Counted from the stretch's first letter, positions 28,405 to 39,729 are shown. The stretch is DNA of 64,000 bases from Arenicellales bacterium (GCA_965200645.1 CBDAUN010000002.1:309871-373870), one strand, 5' to 3'. The notes: generated by a model from the letters alone, not told the origin. Made by a program: numbers and translations.

Positions 28405-29234
28405 GTGTAGCTATGCAAAAAGACCAGAACTATAAAGACCAAAGTCGCCGGAAGCGTACAGGGTTGATTGCAACTTTGCTGGCGGCAGTTGCGATTGTCG
28501 GATTTGCGGTGGATTTTCTGTATCAGCCGCATCGGTTTCCGCTGGTCAGTATTGAAGTAAACGGAACACAAAACGTTCAGCCCAATCAAATTCGTCAAAT
28601 GATCGCGGAATCCGTACCGCAAAACATCTTTCGGATTGATCTTGTCGCTGTCGCAGAGGCTGTGGAGGACGTGCCTTGGGTGGCGAATGCGACCGTACAG
28701 CGAAGATGGCCTCCGGGTACTTTGCACGTGAACGTCAACGAAAGAGTCATTAGTGCTCAATGGAGTGATGGACTTTGGATTGATGAACAAGGCATTCCAG
28801 TTGAGATTCCGGAGTTTAACAACACCGATCTTCCTAAATTTCATGGTTCCGCAAGTGCGGGCAAGGAAATGCTCACCAACTACCAATCCTGGCAACCGAG
28901 ATTAGCCGAAGCAGGATTAGAGATTAGAACACTGACACGTTCGGACCGTGGCGGTTGGGAGGCGAGTATTGCCCGTGTTGGCAATGAGTCCTCAAAGACC
29001 GATGCCGACCACTCCGAAATTGAATCGCCTAAGCAACTCATTCAAGTTCGTCTCGGAAGCTCGAGCCCGAGCGAGAATGTTGAACGCTTTACGCACATAT
29101 ATCAGTCAGTAATTAACAGATACAGCGAGTCTGTTGAAAGCATTGACATGAGACATCCGGATGGACTGTCCGTTCGCTGGAAGGATCAGCGAATTCCCCG
29201 AAGACTTGAAAGCAAAAAGTACATTAATTCCTAG
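28401..29234 (+). CDS. ftsQ: cell division protein FtsQ
   Basis: 277 aa with a single TM helix (LIATLLAAVAIVGFAV), then a POTRA-like segment (VSIEVNGTQNV...) and an FtsQ-type domain. An in-frame ATG at 28413 is an alternative start. Confidence 0.85.
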   Translation: MSVAMQKDQNYKDQSRRKRTGLIATLLAAVAIVGFAVDFLYQPHRFPLVSIEVNGTQNVQPNQIRQMIAESVPQNIFRIDLVAVAEAVEDVPWVANATVQRRWPPGTLHVNVNERVISAQWSDGLWIDEQGIPVEIPEFNNTDLPKFHGSASAGKEMLTNYQSWQPRLAEAGLEIRTLTRSDRGGWEASIARVGNESSKTDADHSEIESPKQLIQVRLGSSSPSENVERFTHIYQSVINRYSESVESIDMRHPDGLSVRWKDQRIPRRLESKKYINS

Positions 29235-29255
29235 CCTGCATGACCTAAGTGAGAA

Positions 29256-30569
29256 ATGAAAATGAAACCTAATGGTAATGAAATTCTAGTTGGACTAGAT
29301 ATGGGAACCTCAAAGATTCGCGTAGTAGTCTGTGAGGCATACCGTGATGGCACTATGAAAATCATTGGTGTTGGCCAAGCACCTTGCACTGGCATGGTTA
29401 AAGGTACAGTCTCAAACATCAACTTAACGGTTGATGCAATTAAAGCTGCTATGCATGACGCTGAGATGATGTCCGAATGCACGATTGATACTGTATCAAT
29501 CGGAATAACCGGTGCGCATATCCGCAGCTACAACGCCAACGGTGCTGTCGCAATACGTGACCGAGAGATCAAGTCCAGCGATATAGACCGGGTGATTGAA
29601 GCAGCAAGATCGGTTGCAATCTCAAATGACGAAAAGATTCTTCATGTAATACCTCAGTCCTACACCATTGATGAGCAAGATGGTGTGCAAAATCCAATCG
29701 GCATGTGTGGGGCTAGGTTGGAAGCGAAGGTTCACGTAGTGACGGGAAACGTCAATGTGGTGCAGAATGTGATCAAGTGCGTTGAGCTTTGCAATTTGAA
29801 AATTGAATCCATGACCCTGGATCAAATCTCTTCAGCTGAATCAGTTTTAACTAATGACGAAAAGGATCTTGGTGTGTGCTTGGTCGATTTAGGTGAGGGA
29901 ACAACTGACGTTGCGGTCTATCACGAAGGCGCCATTCGCCGATCTACAGTGATTCCCATCGCCGGGTATCAAACCACTCGAGACATTGCGATTACGCTCA
30001 AGACATCCACGAAATCTGCGGAAAAAGTCAAGCGACGCTATGGAAACGCTCACGTTAAATCAGTTGAGGAAAACGAATATATCGAAATTCCAGAAACAGA
30101 AGGCCGGCCGCTACGATCATTCACCCATCAGGACTTAGCCGAGGTGATTGAGCCGAGAATCGAAGAAATTCTGTTTCACATCAAATCGGATCTCGATCGT
30201 TTCGGGGTAATGGATTCAATCGGCTCGGGATTTGTGTTTACGGGTGGAAGTGCCAAAATGAAGGGACTGCTAACTTTAGCCGAAGAAATTTTTGAGTCGC
30301 CGACAAGGATCGGCTTGCCCACCTACGCCTCAGCATTGAGCGACATTGTGCACCATCCCAGTTTTGCAACAGTCGTGGGAATATGCCAGTCTGGTCTGAA
30401 AAACCTGCCCAGTAGGCCGATTGAGATGGAGCAAAACTTTGAAGAGGAGTACGAACAGGAAGAAAGAACTGGATTGTCAAGAATCTTTGATTACGTCAAG
30501 AAGGTTGGCACTCATTCAGAAGACGACAAATTGGAGTTTGAGGAAACCCGTGTCAGAAGTGGAACTTAG
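29256..30569 (+). CDS. ftsA: cell division protein FtsA
   Basis: 437 aa, actin-like ATPase (VGLDMGTSKIRVVV, DLGEGTTDVAVY, FTGGSAKMKGL). Confidence 0.95.
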   Translation: MKMKPNGNEILVGLDMGTSKIRVVVCEAYRDGTMKIIGVGQAPCTGMVKGTVSNINLTVDAIKAAMHDAEMMSECTIDTVSIGITGAHIRSYNANGAVAIRDREIKSSDIDRVIEAARSVAISNDEKILHVIPQSYTIDEQDGVQNPIGMCGARLEAKVHVVTGNVNVVQNVIKCVELCNLKIESMTLDQISSAESVLTNDEKDLGVCLVDLGEGTTDVAVYHEGAIRRSTVIPIAGYQTTRDIAITLKTSTKSAEKVKRRYGNAHVKSVEENEYIEIPETEGRPLRSFTHQDLAEVIEPRIEEILFHIKSDLDRFGVMDSIGSGFVFTGGSAKMKGLLTLAEEIFESPTRIGLPTYASALSDIVHHPSFATVVGICQSGLKNLPSRPIEMEQNFEEEYEQEERTGLSRIFDYVKKVGTHSEDDKLEFEETRVRSGT

Positions 30570-30610
30570 CATAGAAATATTAAACTTGGTGTGAAGGAGG
30601 TACTACAAAA

Positions 30611-31735
30611 ATGAATAACATTTTGGAAAATAAATTTGTGCTTACCCCTGTGGCGCAAATGCCACAGCAGGCAATTATCAAGGTTATCGGTGTTGGTGGC
30701 GGTGGTAGCAATACTGTCGACCAGATGGTTACAGAGCAAATCGATGGCGTCGAATTTTTTGTGGCAAATACCGATCAACAGGCGCTTAACCGAAGCAAGG
30801 CATTTTCAAAGCTTGAGTTCGGAGCAGATCTTACGCGCGGGCTCGGAGCAGGAGCCGACCCTGAAATTGGTAAACGAGCCGCGTTGGAAGACAAGGAAAT
30901 GTTTATACGAAGCTTGGAGGACGCGGACATGGTGTTCATCACCGCCGGGATGGGAGGTGGAACGGGCACCGGCGCAGCCCCAGTCATATCCAATGCGATT
31001 AAGGAGGCAAATCAGGAAGTCCTAATCGTTGCAGTCGTGACAACTCCCTTTCTGTTCGAAGGGAAGCGCCGCATGGATTCCGCAAGGATGGGGTTAGAGG
31101 AACTCACACCGCAAGTTGATTCGCTGATCACGATCCCGAATGAAAAACTTTTAGCGGAATGCGATAAGAATATTTCAATTAAAGAAGCCTATGCTAAGGT
31201 AAATAATGTGCTGTTGAACGCCGTCCAAGGAATTGCAGAACTGGTCCTGAAACCCGGACATATAAACGTGGACTTCGCTGACGTTAGAACGGTAATGTCT
31301 AAGGCAGGTTCGGCAATGATGGGAACCGGCAGCGCGTCTGGTGAGGACAGGGCAGTGAAGGCGACGCAAGCAGCAATTGCAAATCCACTATTGTCTGATG
31401 TCAACGTATCAAATGCACGTGGACTGCTGATCAACATAACTGCAAGTTCCGATATGTCGCTCATGGAAATCAGCGAGATTGGTAACAGAATAGAACAAGT
31501 TGTATCAAGCGATGCTACGGTAATCGTGGGGCAGGTTTTTGATGATACTCTGGGTGACGAACTAAGAGTGACACTGGTTGCAACCGGCTTAGATGATTAT
31601 GGTAGACATAGAGAGGCCGCGCACGATCCAAATGGTGAATTTTCGCAACAAAGCGAAATTTTCGGAAATTCTGAAGTCCCAGCAATTTTGCGCAGACGAG
31701 ATAGTTCGCCTTTACCCGATTGGATGATTGAATAG
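30611..31735 (+). CDS. ftsZ: cell division GTPase FtsZ
   Basis: 374 aa with IKVIGVGGGGSNTV, GAGADPEIG and the tubulin signature GMGGGTGTGAAPV. Confidence 0.97.
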   Translation: MNNILENKFVLTPVAQMPQQAIIKVIGVGGGGSNTVDQMVTEQIDGVEFFVANTDQQALNRSKAFSKLEFGADLTRGLGAGADPEIGKRAALEDKEMFIRSLEDADMVFITAGMGGGTGTGAAPVISNAIKEANQEVLIVAVVTTPFLFEGKRRMDSARMGLEELTPQVDSLITIPNEKLLAECDKNISIKEAYAKVNNVLLNAVQGIAELVLKPGHINVDFADVRTVMSKAGSAMMGTGSASGEDRAVKATQAAIANPLLSDVNVSNARGLLINITASSDMSLMEISEIGNRIEQVVSSDATVIVGQVFDDTLGDELRVTLVATGLDDYGRHREAAHDPNGEFSQQSEIFGNSEVPAILRRRDSSPLPDWMIE

Positions 31736-32083
31736 TTAGATAAAAAGATTCCTAAGTTAATCGATACCAATTTGTACAAGGGCCGAAATCGCGGGATGTT
31801 GCAATTATTCGGCATTATGTTACACAAGTAAAGGAAATCTTAGGAAATTGGTGAATACGACTACACTTTTGTAGTACAATGAATTGATTACCTTTTTTTG
31901 ATTGTGTGTATGTAGCCAGAGCAATTTCTGATTTAAGTGGAGCGTTGCACTTCATTTGATACTAGTATGCACTTTGGTTAACAGTATTTGGCAAGACAAA
32001 ACTACAAACAAAATAAATCTGTACACTAAAATACATCAAGATTTTGCGGTTTGTTGCTATGTATCAAAGCGAGCAGTGGAAAT

Positions 32084-33010
32084 ATGATTAGACAAAGAAC
32101 ATTGACAAATGTAATCAAGGGCACAGGTGTTGGGTTGCATACCGGTGAAAAGGTTTACCTGACTTTACGTCCTGCTCCTTTAAACACAGGGATTATATTT
32201 CGCAGAGTAGACCTTGACCCAATTGTAGAAATTCCTGCCGTAGTGGATAATGTCACGGACACGCGACTTTCGACTACTTTGGAAGTGGCTGGAGTTAGAG
32301 TTTCCACAGTAGAGCATTTGATGTCGGTTTTCGCCGGACTGGGTGTTGACAATGCCTACGTTGATGTTTCTGGACCTGAAGTCCCCATCATGGATGGCAG
32401 TGCGGGTCCATTTGTATTCTTAATCCAATCCGCAGGCATTGAGTCGCAAAATGGCTCTAAAAAATTTATCCGAATCAAAAAGTCCGTAGAAGTCAAAGAA
32501 GGCGACAAATGGGCGAGATTTGACCCATATGAAGGATTTAGGATTTCCTACAACATCGATTTTGACCATCCAGTGATTCGCGACTCCAACCAGGTATTGG
32601 TCGTTGATTTCGCGAATACTTCATTCGAAAAGGAAATCAGTCGTGCCCGAACATTTGGTTTTATGGCTGACCTTGAAGCCCTGCATGAAGCTGGTTATGC
32701 TAAAGGTGGCAGCCTTCTAAATGCCATTGTGATGGATGGTTACCACATCCTTAACGACGATGGCTTGCGTTATAACGATGAATTCGTTAAACATAAGATT
32801 CTTGATGCAATTGGCGACATTTTCCTATTGGGTCATCTGTTAATCGGTGAGTTTTCAGCATTTAAGTCTGGGCATCATTTGAACAATCTCCTTTTGAAGG
32901 AACTTAAGGCAGACGTTTCGGCTTGGGAATTCGTATCTTACGACAGTTATATTGATATGCCCAAGACAATGATTCGGCCGTTGCCGTCATCTGCTGCTGC
33001 TTTCACCTAA
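32084..33010 (+). CDS. lpxC: UDP-3-O-acyl-N-acetylglucosamine deacetylase
   Basis: The start is set at ATG 32084 ([24 protein letters not shown]...), which matches the canonical LpxC N-terminus. Motifs are VSTVEHL, FMADLE and HKILDAIGD. The 32051 TTG in the ORF track is probably upstream read-in. Confidence 0.93.
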   Translation: MIRQRTLTNVIKGTGVGLHTGEKVYLTLRPAPLNTGIIFRRVDLDPIVEIPAVVDNVTDTRLSTTLEVAGVRVSTVEHLMSVFAGLGVDNAYVDVSGPEVPIMDGSAGPFVFLIQSAGIESQNGSKKFIRIKKSVEVKEGDKWARFDPYEGFRISYNIDFDHPVIRDSNQVLVVDFANTSFEKEISRARTFGFMADLEALHEAGYAKGGSLLNAIVMDGYHILNDDGLRYNDEFVKHKILDAIGDIFLLGHLLIGEFSAFKSGHHLNNLLLKELKADVSAWEFVSYDSYIDMPKTMIRPLPSSAAAFT

Positions 33011-33018
33011 TTGAGTAG

Positions 33019-33056
33019 TTTGCGCCGGAATTCAGGAAAATTCTACTTCGCGCAAA
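33019..33056. terminator. two-tier hairpin between convergent lpxC and the DUF721 gene
   Basis: The outer stem is TTTGCGC / GCGCAAA (7 bp) and encloses an inner stem GAATT / AATTC (5 bp). It sits in the 59-nt gap between two convergent stop codons. Confidence 0.35.
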
Positions 33057-33069
33057 TTGATCTGGAGTG

Positions 33070-33504
33070 CTACTCGGTACGGGTAAGTCGGCCTAGTTTC
33101 TGATAAGCCACTTTCAAGTTCAGAGAGTTGGCTGTAGCCGCACACTTATCAAACAGTTCTTTCATTTCTGAAGTGACGGGTCTATGTCGTTGCAATTCCG
33201 GTTTTCTGACTGGTTGAGTTTGGCTTTCCTTTGTTCGTACCATTACTCGAATTGAAAGACTGGATAATTGATGGTAGCCAAGGGCCTGCATTCCCTTCAC
33301 AATCGTTGGTTGCCGGTGAAGTAGTTGGTGCGCCCATGTGGGAGAATCGACCGCGACCTCTAAAATTGCACTTCGGACCTTCAACGAAGTGGTGTGCTCA
33401 AATATTGAATCACCGACAACTTCAGCCCAGTCGGCGTAGATTGGTAACACTGCAGGCGGTTGCAGATCAATCTCTGCAACAATGGATGAAACTTTGGTAA
33501 GCAT
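33070..33504 (-). CDS. DUF721 (DciA-like) protein
   Basis: 144 aa. W.EVVGDSIFEHTTSLKVRSAILEVAVDSPTWAHQL fits the DUF721 pattern. The position between lpxC and secA matches Pseudomonas-type synteny as I recall it. Confidence 0.55.
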   Translation of the reverse strand: MLTKVSSIVAEIDLQPPAVLPIYADWAEVVGDSIFEHTTSLKVRSAILEVAVDSPTWAHQLLHRQPTIVKGMQALGYHQLSSLSIRVMVRTKESQTQPVRKPELQRHRPVTSEMKELFDKCAATANSLNLKVAYQKLGRLTRTE

Positions 33505-33763
33505 GGCAATAAAGTTACATGAAGGGCAAACTAATTCCTAACTGTCATTAAAATAGGAATCGACTGCTAAACTGGGCTTGATTATATGAATTTAGGCACT
33601 ATCTTCCTTACTAATCGGCCAAAATTGAAGTTTCACTAGTACAATTGCTCCAGCAAATATCTACAGTCGATTTCACCTCGAAGGTGTTTCTTTACGAGTC
33701 CGTGAACAGATGGCAAGCCACTCCAACTAAAACAGATAGAAAGCTATTTTGAAATTCAACAAA

Positions 33764-36484
33764 ATGCTAACGAGTGTCTTCGGCAGCAGCAACGCCAGGC
33801 TGTTGAAAGAGATCTCCAAAATTGTGGATGTTATCAATCGTCTGGAACTTGAAATGCAGGCTCTTTCAGATGAAGACTTAGCCGCAAAAACCCCTCAATT
33901 ACGTCAAAAAATTGTCGATGGTGCATCCGTTGACAGTGTGTTGCCAGAGGCATTCGCTGTCGTTAGAGAAGCATCACGGCGCACTTTGAACATGCGTCAC
34001 TTTGACGTCCAGTTAATCGGTGGTGTAGTACTTCATCGAGGGAAAATAGCCGAGATGCGTACCGGAGAAGGAAAGACTCTGGTCGCAACACTCCCCGTTT
34101 ATCTGAACGCATTAGCAGGACACTCGGTTCATGTGGTCACGGTCAATGACTATTTGGCCCGTCGTGATGCACAGTGGATGGGAGTTATCTACAACTATTT
34201 GGGTATCACAGTTGGGGTAGTGGTGCCGAATCAAGAACCCGAAGAAAAACGCAATGCCTATAGTTGCGATGTCGTTTATGGAACCAACAACGAATTCGGA
34301 TTTGATTATCTGCGAGATAACATGGCGTTCAACAATGAACAGCGAGCGCAGGGTAAATTGACTTATGCCATTGTTGACGAAGTCGATTCCATTTTGATTG
34401 ACGAAGCCCGTACTCCACTAATCATTTCTGGTGCGGCTGAAGACAGTACTCAACTATATAACGACATTGATCGACTGATTCCCCGTCTCACACGCCAATT
34501 GGAAGAAGAAGGTCCTGGTGATTTCAGTGTTGACGAAAAGTTACGCCAGGTGTTTCTGACCGATGAAGGCTACGAAAATGCAGAAGCGATTCTCATCGCA
34601 AACGGTTTGCTTGAAGAGGGAGGAAGTCTGTATGACATCTCTAATATCAGTCTGATGCATCACGTCAATGCTGCTTTACGAGCCCATTCGTTGTTTCAAC
34701 GAGATGTAGATTACATCGTAAACAATGGTCAGATAGTCATTGTCGACGAATTTACCGGTCGCATGATGCCGGGTCGACGTTGGTCCGACGGACTTCATCA
34801 GGCTGTAGAAGCTAAGGAAGGCGTCAAGATTCAGCGAGAAAATCAAACTCTGGCTTCCATCACCTTTCAAAATTATTTTAGACTTTACGACCGACTGGCA
34901 GGAATGACAGGAACTGCGGATACCGAAGCCGAAGAATTTCAGCAAATCTACGGTTTGGAAGTCGCAGTCATTCCAACTGACCAGCCGATGGTGCGACAAG
35001 ATCATGCGGATTTGGTCTACAAGACTGGGGCTGAAAAGTTCAGAGCAATTGTCGCCGGCATTAAAGAATGTGTCGACAACCAGCAACCAGTGCTGGTTGG
35101 AACTGCGTCAATCGAAACCTCTGAGTATCTTTCTGGGTTATTGCAAAAGCAGGGTATACAACACGAAGTGTTGAACGCCAAACAGCACGAACGAGAAGCA
35201 AAAATTATTGCTCAAGCAGGTCGTCCTAGTGGGGTTACGATCGCTACCAATATGGCTGGTCGTGGGACCGACATCGTGCTTGGTGGAAATCTCGAAATGG
35301 AACTTACCGAGGCCGGTGCTGCATCTGAAGATGCGATCGCAGCGATTGAGAACGACTGGCAGCAAAGACACGACACTGTGGTATCCGCTGGCGGGTTGCA
35401 TGTATTGAGTACCGAAAGACATGAATCACGGCGAGTCGATAATCAGCTCAGAGGCCGGTCGGGCAGACAGGGCGATCCGGGCTCCAGTCGGTTCTATTTG
35501 TCTTTGGAAGACAATTTGTTGCGAATATTCGCATCGGACAAAGTGTCCAGTTTAATGAGTAAGTTGGGCATGGAAGAGGATGAGGCGATAGAACACTCCT
35601 GGGTGAGCAAGTCTATTGAAAATGCCCAGCGTAAAGTTGAAGGTAGAAACTTCGATATTCGAAAGCAGCTGCTTGAATATGACGATGTCGCAAACGAGCA
35701 GCGCAAGGTTGTTTATGATCAGCGCAACGGATTGATTGAAAGTGATGACATTTCTGAACTCGTTCAAACTGTGCGTCACGAATGCATTCGAAGTGTATTT
35801 TTGGCCAATGTCCCTGAAGACAGCCTCGAAGAGCAATGGGATGTCGAAGGGCTTAGTAAGGAACTGGAGTACATGTTCGATTTAAAACTCCCAATTGCTG
35901 AGTGGGTAGTTGACAAGTCCAACAACCAAGACGATATTTTGGACAAGATTGAAAGTGAGGTGACTTCAACCTATGAGCAAAGGTTTGCCGGAATGGATGC
36001 TGTCATTCGCCAGGTGGAAAAATCAATGATGTTGATGGTTTTGGACACTCAGTGGAAAGAGCACTTATCCAATATGGATCATTTGCGTCAGGGAATTCAT
36101 CTTCGAGGGTATGCGCAGAAAAATCCCAAACAGGAATACAAGCGAGAAGCGTTCGAGATGTTCACTGGCATGCTCGATAACGTCAGACGAGAGTTCATTC
36201 GACTGCTGTCTAGAGTCGTTGTGACCGAAAAATCCAAGGCTGACCCTAGTACTCAGGTCGCACGTCCTAAACAGCCTAAACTACAATATAGTCAACCGGA
36301 AATGGAAATGTTGGGCTCGAGTCCGCCACCTGCAAGTTCAGGTGTTCCATCCCAAAGTCAGCAACCACAACAGCAAAAAATTGCAACACCATATGTCCGT
36401 GAAGGACGGAAAGTAGGAAGGAACGAACCATGCCCTTGCGGATCGGGGAAAAAATACAAGCAGTGTTGCGCAAAGGCCGCATAG
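33764..36484 (+). CDS. secA: preprotein translocase ATPase SecA
   Basis: The start is set at ATG 33764 ([16 protein letters not shown]...), which matches the canonical SecA N-terminus. It has the DEAD-like motor ([33 protein letters not shown]) and the C-terminal zinc motif [13 protein letters not shown]. Confidence 0.97.
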   Translation: MLTSVFGSSNARLLKEISKIVDVINRLELEMQALSDEDLAAKTPQLRQKIVDGASVDSVLPEAFAVVREASRRTLNMRHFDVQLIGGVVLHRGKIAEMRTGEGKTLVATLPVYLNALAGHSVHVVTVNDYLARRDAQWMGVIYNYLGITVGVVVPNQEPEEKRNAYSCDVVYGTNNEFGFDYLRDNMAFNNEQRAQGKLTYAIVDEVDSILIDEARTPLIISGAAEDSTQLYNDIDRLIPRLTRQLEEEGPGDFSVDEKLRQVFLTDEGYENAEAILIANGLLEEGGSLYDISNISLMHHVNAALRAHSLFQRDVDYIVNNGQIVIVDEFTGRMMPGRRWSDGLHQAVEAKEGVKIQRENQTLASITFQNYFRLYDRLAGMTGTADTEAEEFQQIYGLEVAVIPTDQPMVRQDHADLVYKTGAEKFRAIVAGIKECVDNQQPVLVGTASIETSEYLSGLLQKQGIQHEVLNAKQHEREAKIIAQAGRPSGVTIATNMAGRGTDIVLGGNLEMELTEAGAASEDAIAAIENDWQQRHDTVVSAGGLHVLSTERHESRRVDNQLRGRSGRQGDPGSSRFYLSLEDNLLRIFASDKVSSLMSKLGMEEDEAIEHSWVSKSIENAQRKVEGRNFDIRKQLLEYDDVANEQRKVVYDQRNGLIESDDISELVQTVRHECIRSVFLANVPEDSLEEQWDVEGLSKELEYMFDLKLPIAEWVVDKSNNQDDILDKIESEVTSTYEQRFAGMDAVIRQVEKSMMLMVLDTQWKEHLSNMDHLRQGIHLRGYAQKNPKQEYKREAFEMFTGMLDNVRREFIRLLSRVVVTEKSKADPSTQVARPKQPKLQYSQPEMEMLGSSPPPASSGVPSQSQQPQQQKIATPYVREGRKVGRNEPCPCGSGKKYKQCCAKAA

Positions 36485-37761
36485 TCGGTCAAACGCAACC
36501 AGAAACTGAAGATTCGGAACGAGTCGAATCTGCAGTTGAGTTTGCCCCCAAAGAAGAAAAGGCGCATTCAAGCAATAGAGTTTCCGGTGTTCGTGCCGGT
36601 GTTGCGGCCGCAAACATCCGACACAGCGATCGTGATGACTTGGTAGTGTTTTCACTGCATGAAGGTACCACAGTAGCAGCAGTATTTACCCGCAACAGTG
36701 CTAGCGCAGCACCCGTCAAGGTTGCACAAAGTCACTTGAAAAAAGGTGAAGTTCGTGCATTAGTGATAAACAGTGGTAACGCAAACGCCGGTGTCGGTAA
36801 GCAAGGTAGGGAAGACTGTCTTGAAATCTGCAAAGTGCTAGCCAAGCACCTTGAAATACCTACAGAGTCAGTACTGCCATTTTCGACTGGAGTGATCGGA
36901 CAACGTCTTCCAGTTGATGCAATCTGCAGTCATTTGCCGCAAGCAGCCAGTTCTTTAGATGAGTCAAATTGGGACAAGGCGGCCACAGCGATCATGACAA
37001 CCGATACGGTACCGAAAATTGTCAGTCGCAAGTTGAATTTGTCCAGTTCGCCGGTCACTATCACCGGAATTGCAAAGGGCTCAGGAATGATTCGTCCCGA
37101 TATGGCAACCATGTTGGCGTTTGTTGCAACGGATGCAAAACTAGACTCGAGTTTGGCTCAACGAACTCTCAGGCGTTGTGTGAACGAAAGCTTCAATCGA
37201 ATTACCGTGGATGGCGATACTTCGACAAATGACTCGTGCGTTTTGATGGCGACTGGTACTAGTGGCTACCAACACAAAGACGAAACGGGTGATGAAGACG
37301 TTAATGCCTTTAATGACATGTTGTCTGAAGTGTTTGCTGAACTCGCAGAGTTGATTATTCGTGATGCAGAAGGCGCTACAAAGTTCGTTTCGGTTGAGGT
37401 GATAAATGGTTGGTCGGAAGCAGACTGTCTCAAGGTGGCATATACCATTGCACATTCGCCTCTCGTTAAAACTGCTATCTTTGCGAGTGATCCTAATTGG
37501 GGAAGAATCTATGCAGCAGTAGGACGTTCGATGATCCAAGGTTTGGATATGACACTAGTGGACATCTCCATCAATGATGTACTGATCGTTCAGTCCGGGT
37601 CGCTACACCAAGGCTATTCCGAAGAAATGGGTGTTGCAGCAATGAAGCCTGGTGATATCAAGATTCAAATCAACTTACACATGGGAGACCGGAAAGCCAC
37701 GGTACTAACGACCGATCTCAGTCAAGAATATGTGAAAATCAATGCTGAATACCGCAGTTGA
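36430..37761 (+). CDS. argJ: bifunctional glutamate N-acetyltransferase / amino-acid acetyltransferase
   Basis: ArgJ core blocks are present ([31 protein letters not shown] with autocleavage-site Thr, [10 protein letters not shown]). The start is uncertain because every canonical in-frame start (ATG 36430, TTG 36436, GTG 36463, TTG 36466) lies inside the secA 3' end. AGGAAGGA lies 8 nt before ATG 36430. Confidence 0.85.
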   Translation: MPLRIGEKIQAVLRKGRIVGQTQPETEDSERVESAVEFAPKEEKAHSSNRVSGVRAGVAAANIRHSDRDDLVVFSLHEGTTVAAVFTRNSASAAPVKVAQSHLKKGEVRALVINSGNANAGVGKQGREDCLEICKVLAKHLEIPTESVLPFSTGVIGQRLPVDAICSHLPQAASSLDESNWDKAATAIMTTDTVPKIVSRKLNLSSSPVTITGIAKGSGMIRPDMATMLAFVATDAKLDSSLAQRTLRRCVNESFNRITVDGDTSTNDSCVLMATGTSGYQHKDETGDEDVNAFNDMLSEVFAELAELIIRDAEGATKFVSVEVINGWSEADCLKVAYTIAHSPLVKTAIFASDPNWGRIYAAVGRSMIQGLDMTLVDISINDVLIVQSGSLHQGYSEEMGVAAMKPGDIKIQINLHMGDRKATVLTTDLSQEYVKINAEYRS

Positions 37762-38155
37762 GCGAATTCACGTTGTAGTTGGTCTGGTATTTGACGGTCT
37801 TGGACATGTTCTAATCGCGCAGCGTATTGATAATTCTCTAAATCATGGTAAGTGGGAGTTTCCAGGCGGTAAAATACGCGCCCATGAATCCAAGCAGGAT
37901 GCGTTGCAAAGAGAGTTGTGCGAGGAGATCGGCATCAAAGTTCGGGAGTCCTATCCCTTGATGAGTTTTCCTTTTGACTATCAGGACCGAGCCGTCATGT
38001 TGAACTTTTTTGTTGTCGTTGATTATGAGGGACAACCGCAATCTTGTGAAAACCAGCCGATAAAGTGGGTAGACCAATTGAACATCAGCAGTAGTGAAAT
38101 GTTGCTAGCCAATCGGATCGTTGTTGAACGTCTGCGAAAAGGAGATTTACCCTAA
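37742..38155 (+). CDS. mutT: 8-oxo-dGTP diphosphatase (Nudix, MutT-like)
   Basis: 137 aa with the Nudix box GKWEFPGGKIRAHESKQDALQRELCEEIGI. It lies downstream of secA, as in many Gammaproteobacteria. Confidence 0.8.
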   Translation: MLNTAVERIHVVVGLVFDGLGHVLIAQRIDNSLNHGKWEFPGGKIRAHESKQDALQRELCEEIGIKVRESYPLMSFPFDYQDRAVMLNFFVVVDYEGQPQSCENQPIKWVDQLNISSSEMLLANRIVVERLRKGDLP

Positions 38156-38175
38156 ATTCCTTCAATTCGTCTGAA

Positions 38176-39432
38176 ATGAAGAAGTATTCAATATTTTCAT
38201 TGGTACGCAATGCTGCTACAAGGCATAAGAATTGGCGCCCTGTATGGCGCTATCCTGATCCGAAGCCTGCATATGACGTCATCATCATTGGTGGTGGCGG
38301 ACACGGACTCGCGACTGCTTACTATCTCGCAAAACTGCACGGAATTTCCAATATTGCAGTTCTCGAAAAAGGTTGGCTTGGTGGCGGAAATACCGGCAGA
38401 AACACTACTATTGTTCGATCGAATTATTTACTGGATGCAAACGCACAGTTTTACGAACACTCCATGAAGTTGTGGGAGGGACTTTCACAGGAACTGAATT
38501 ACAACGTCATGTTCTCGCAGCGGGGAGTTTTAAATTTGGCTCATAGCGATGCCGAAATGGACGCGTTTGCGATTCGAGGCAATGCAATGCGCTTTAATGG
38601 GATTGATGCGCAGTTGTTACTGCCGGATCAAATCCGGCGCATGGTTCCGCATTTGGATTGCTCTAAACAGACCAGGTATCCAATTTTTGGCGGACTATTG
38701 CAGCCACGAGGCGGTACCGCCCGCCACGATGCTGTTGCTTGGGGATATGCCCGTGCAGCAGATGCATGTGGTGTCGACATCATTCAAAATTGTGAAGTTA
38801 CTGGTATCAGTGTCAAGAACAATCGAGTTGTAGGTGTTGCTACAACACAAGGTGTGATTCGTGCAGATAAAGTTGGTCTTGCGGTAGCCGGCAACAGCGG
38901 CAGGGTTGCGGGAATGGCTGGATTGAAACTACCCATCGAGTCACACGTGTTGCAAGCAATGGTGACAGAACCGTTGAAGCCAATCATTGACACAGTGGTT
39001 ACCTCCGGTGCATCCCATGTCTACATCAATCAGACGGATAAGGGAGAAGTGCTGTTCGGTGGTGACTTGGATTTTTATAACTCCTACGCTCAAAGAGGTA
39101 ATTTCCCTCGAATTGAATATGTAGTCCAGTCGGTCCTAACTTTATTCCCATGCCTTAGTCGAGTGCGATTAATGCGCACCTGGGGTGGGGTGATGGACAT
39201 GTCCATGGATGGCAGCCCTATCATTGGCAAATCACCGATTGATCATTTGTATCTCAATACGGGATGGTGCTATGGGGGATTCAAGGCCACTCCGGGTTCG
39301 GGCTGGTGTTTTGCCCACACAATTGCCAATGACAAGTCACATCAGTTCAACGAAGCATTTACGCTCGAACGCTTTAGAGAGGGTCGTGTGCTAGACGAAA
39401 AGGGTGGCGGTGCCCTGCCGAAAGTGCATTAG
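38176..39432 (+). CDS. soxB: heterotetrameric sarcosine oxidase family, beta subunit
   Basis: 418 aa with an FAD dinucleotide fold (YDVIIIGGGGHGLATAYYLA) and strong SoxB-like blocks (GGNTGRNTTIVRSNY, the HVYINQTDKGE region). Confidence 0.85.
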   Translation: MKKYSIFSLVRNAATRHKNWRPVWRYPDPKPAYDVIIIGGGGHGLATAYYLAKLHGISNIAVLEKGWLGGGNTGRNTTIVRSNYLLDANAQFYEHSMKLWEGLSQELNYNVMFSQRGVLNLAHSDAEMDAFAIRGNAMRFNGIDAQLLLPDQIRRMVPHLDCSKQTRYPIFGGLLQPRGGTARHDAVAWGYARAADACGVDIIQNCEVTGISVKNNRVVGVATTQGVIRADKVGLAVAGNSGRVAGMAGLKLPIESHVLQAMVTEPLKPIIDTVVTSGASHVYINQTDKGEVLFGGDLDFYNSYAQRGNFPRIEYVVQSVLTLFPCLSRVRLMRTWGGVMDMSMDGSPIIGKSPIDHLYLNTGWCYGGFKATPGSGWCFAHTIANDKSHQFNEAFTLERFREGRVLDEKGGGALPKVH

Positions 39433-39453
39433 TAAAAAAATGAGAGAGTTGAG

Positions 39454-39729
39454 ATGCTGTTGATTCCTTGTCCATGGTGCGGCGAACGGGCGCAAATCGA
39501 ATTTACTTACCATGGTGATGCAACAGTCGAACGACCATCCTTGGATGCTTCGGATAACGAGTGGTACGACTATGTTTTCACTCGCGATAATCCTCGAGGT
39601 GAACATACAGAGTGGTGGCATCACACGGCTGGATGTCGGCAGTGGATCAAGGTGAAGCGTAACACTATGACACACAAGATATCCGGTGCACAGCCGGCAG
39701 TCAGTAGCGAAGCGGACTCTTTGGAATGA
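39454..39729 (+). CDS. soxD: sarcosine oxidase family, delta subunit
   Basis: 91 aa. MLLIPCPWCGERAQIEFTYHGDA...EWWHHTAGCRQW is the typical zinc-ribbon delta-subunit signature. Confidence 0.88.
   Translation: MLLIPCPWCGERAQIEFTYHGDATVERPSLDASDNEWYDYVFTRDNPRGEHTEWWHHTAGCRQWIKVKRNTMTHKISGAQPAVSSEADSLE

Noticed and set aside
33586-33639. A 17-codon upstream ORF (MNLGTIFLTNRPKLKFH) in the secA leader, considered as a possible SecM-like secretion monitor.
   Set aside because: It has no signal sequence, no recognisable arrest motif and no convincing Shine-Dalgarno, and it is too short. It is most likely a chance ORF in AT-rich leader DNA.
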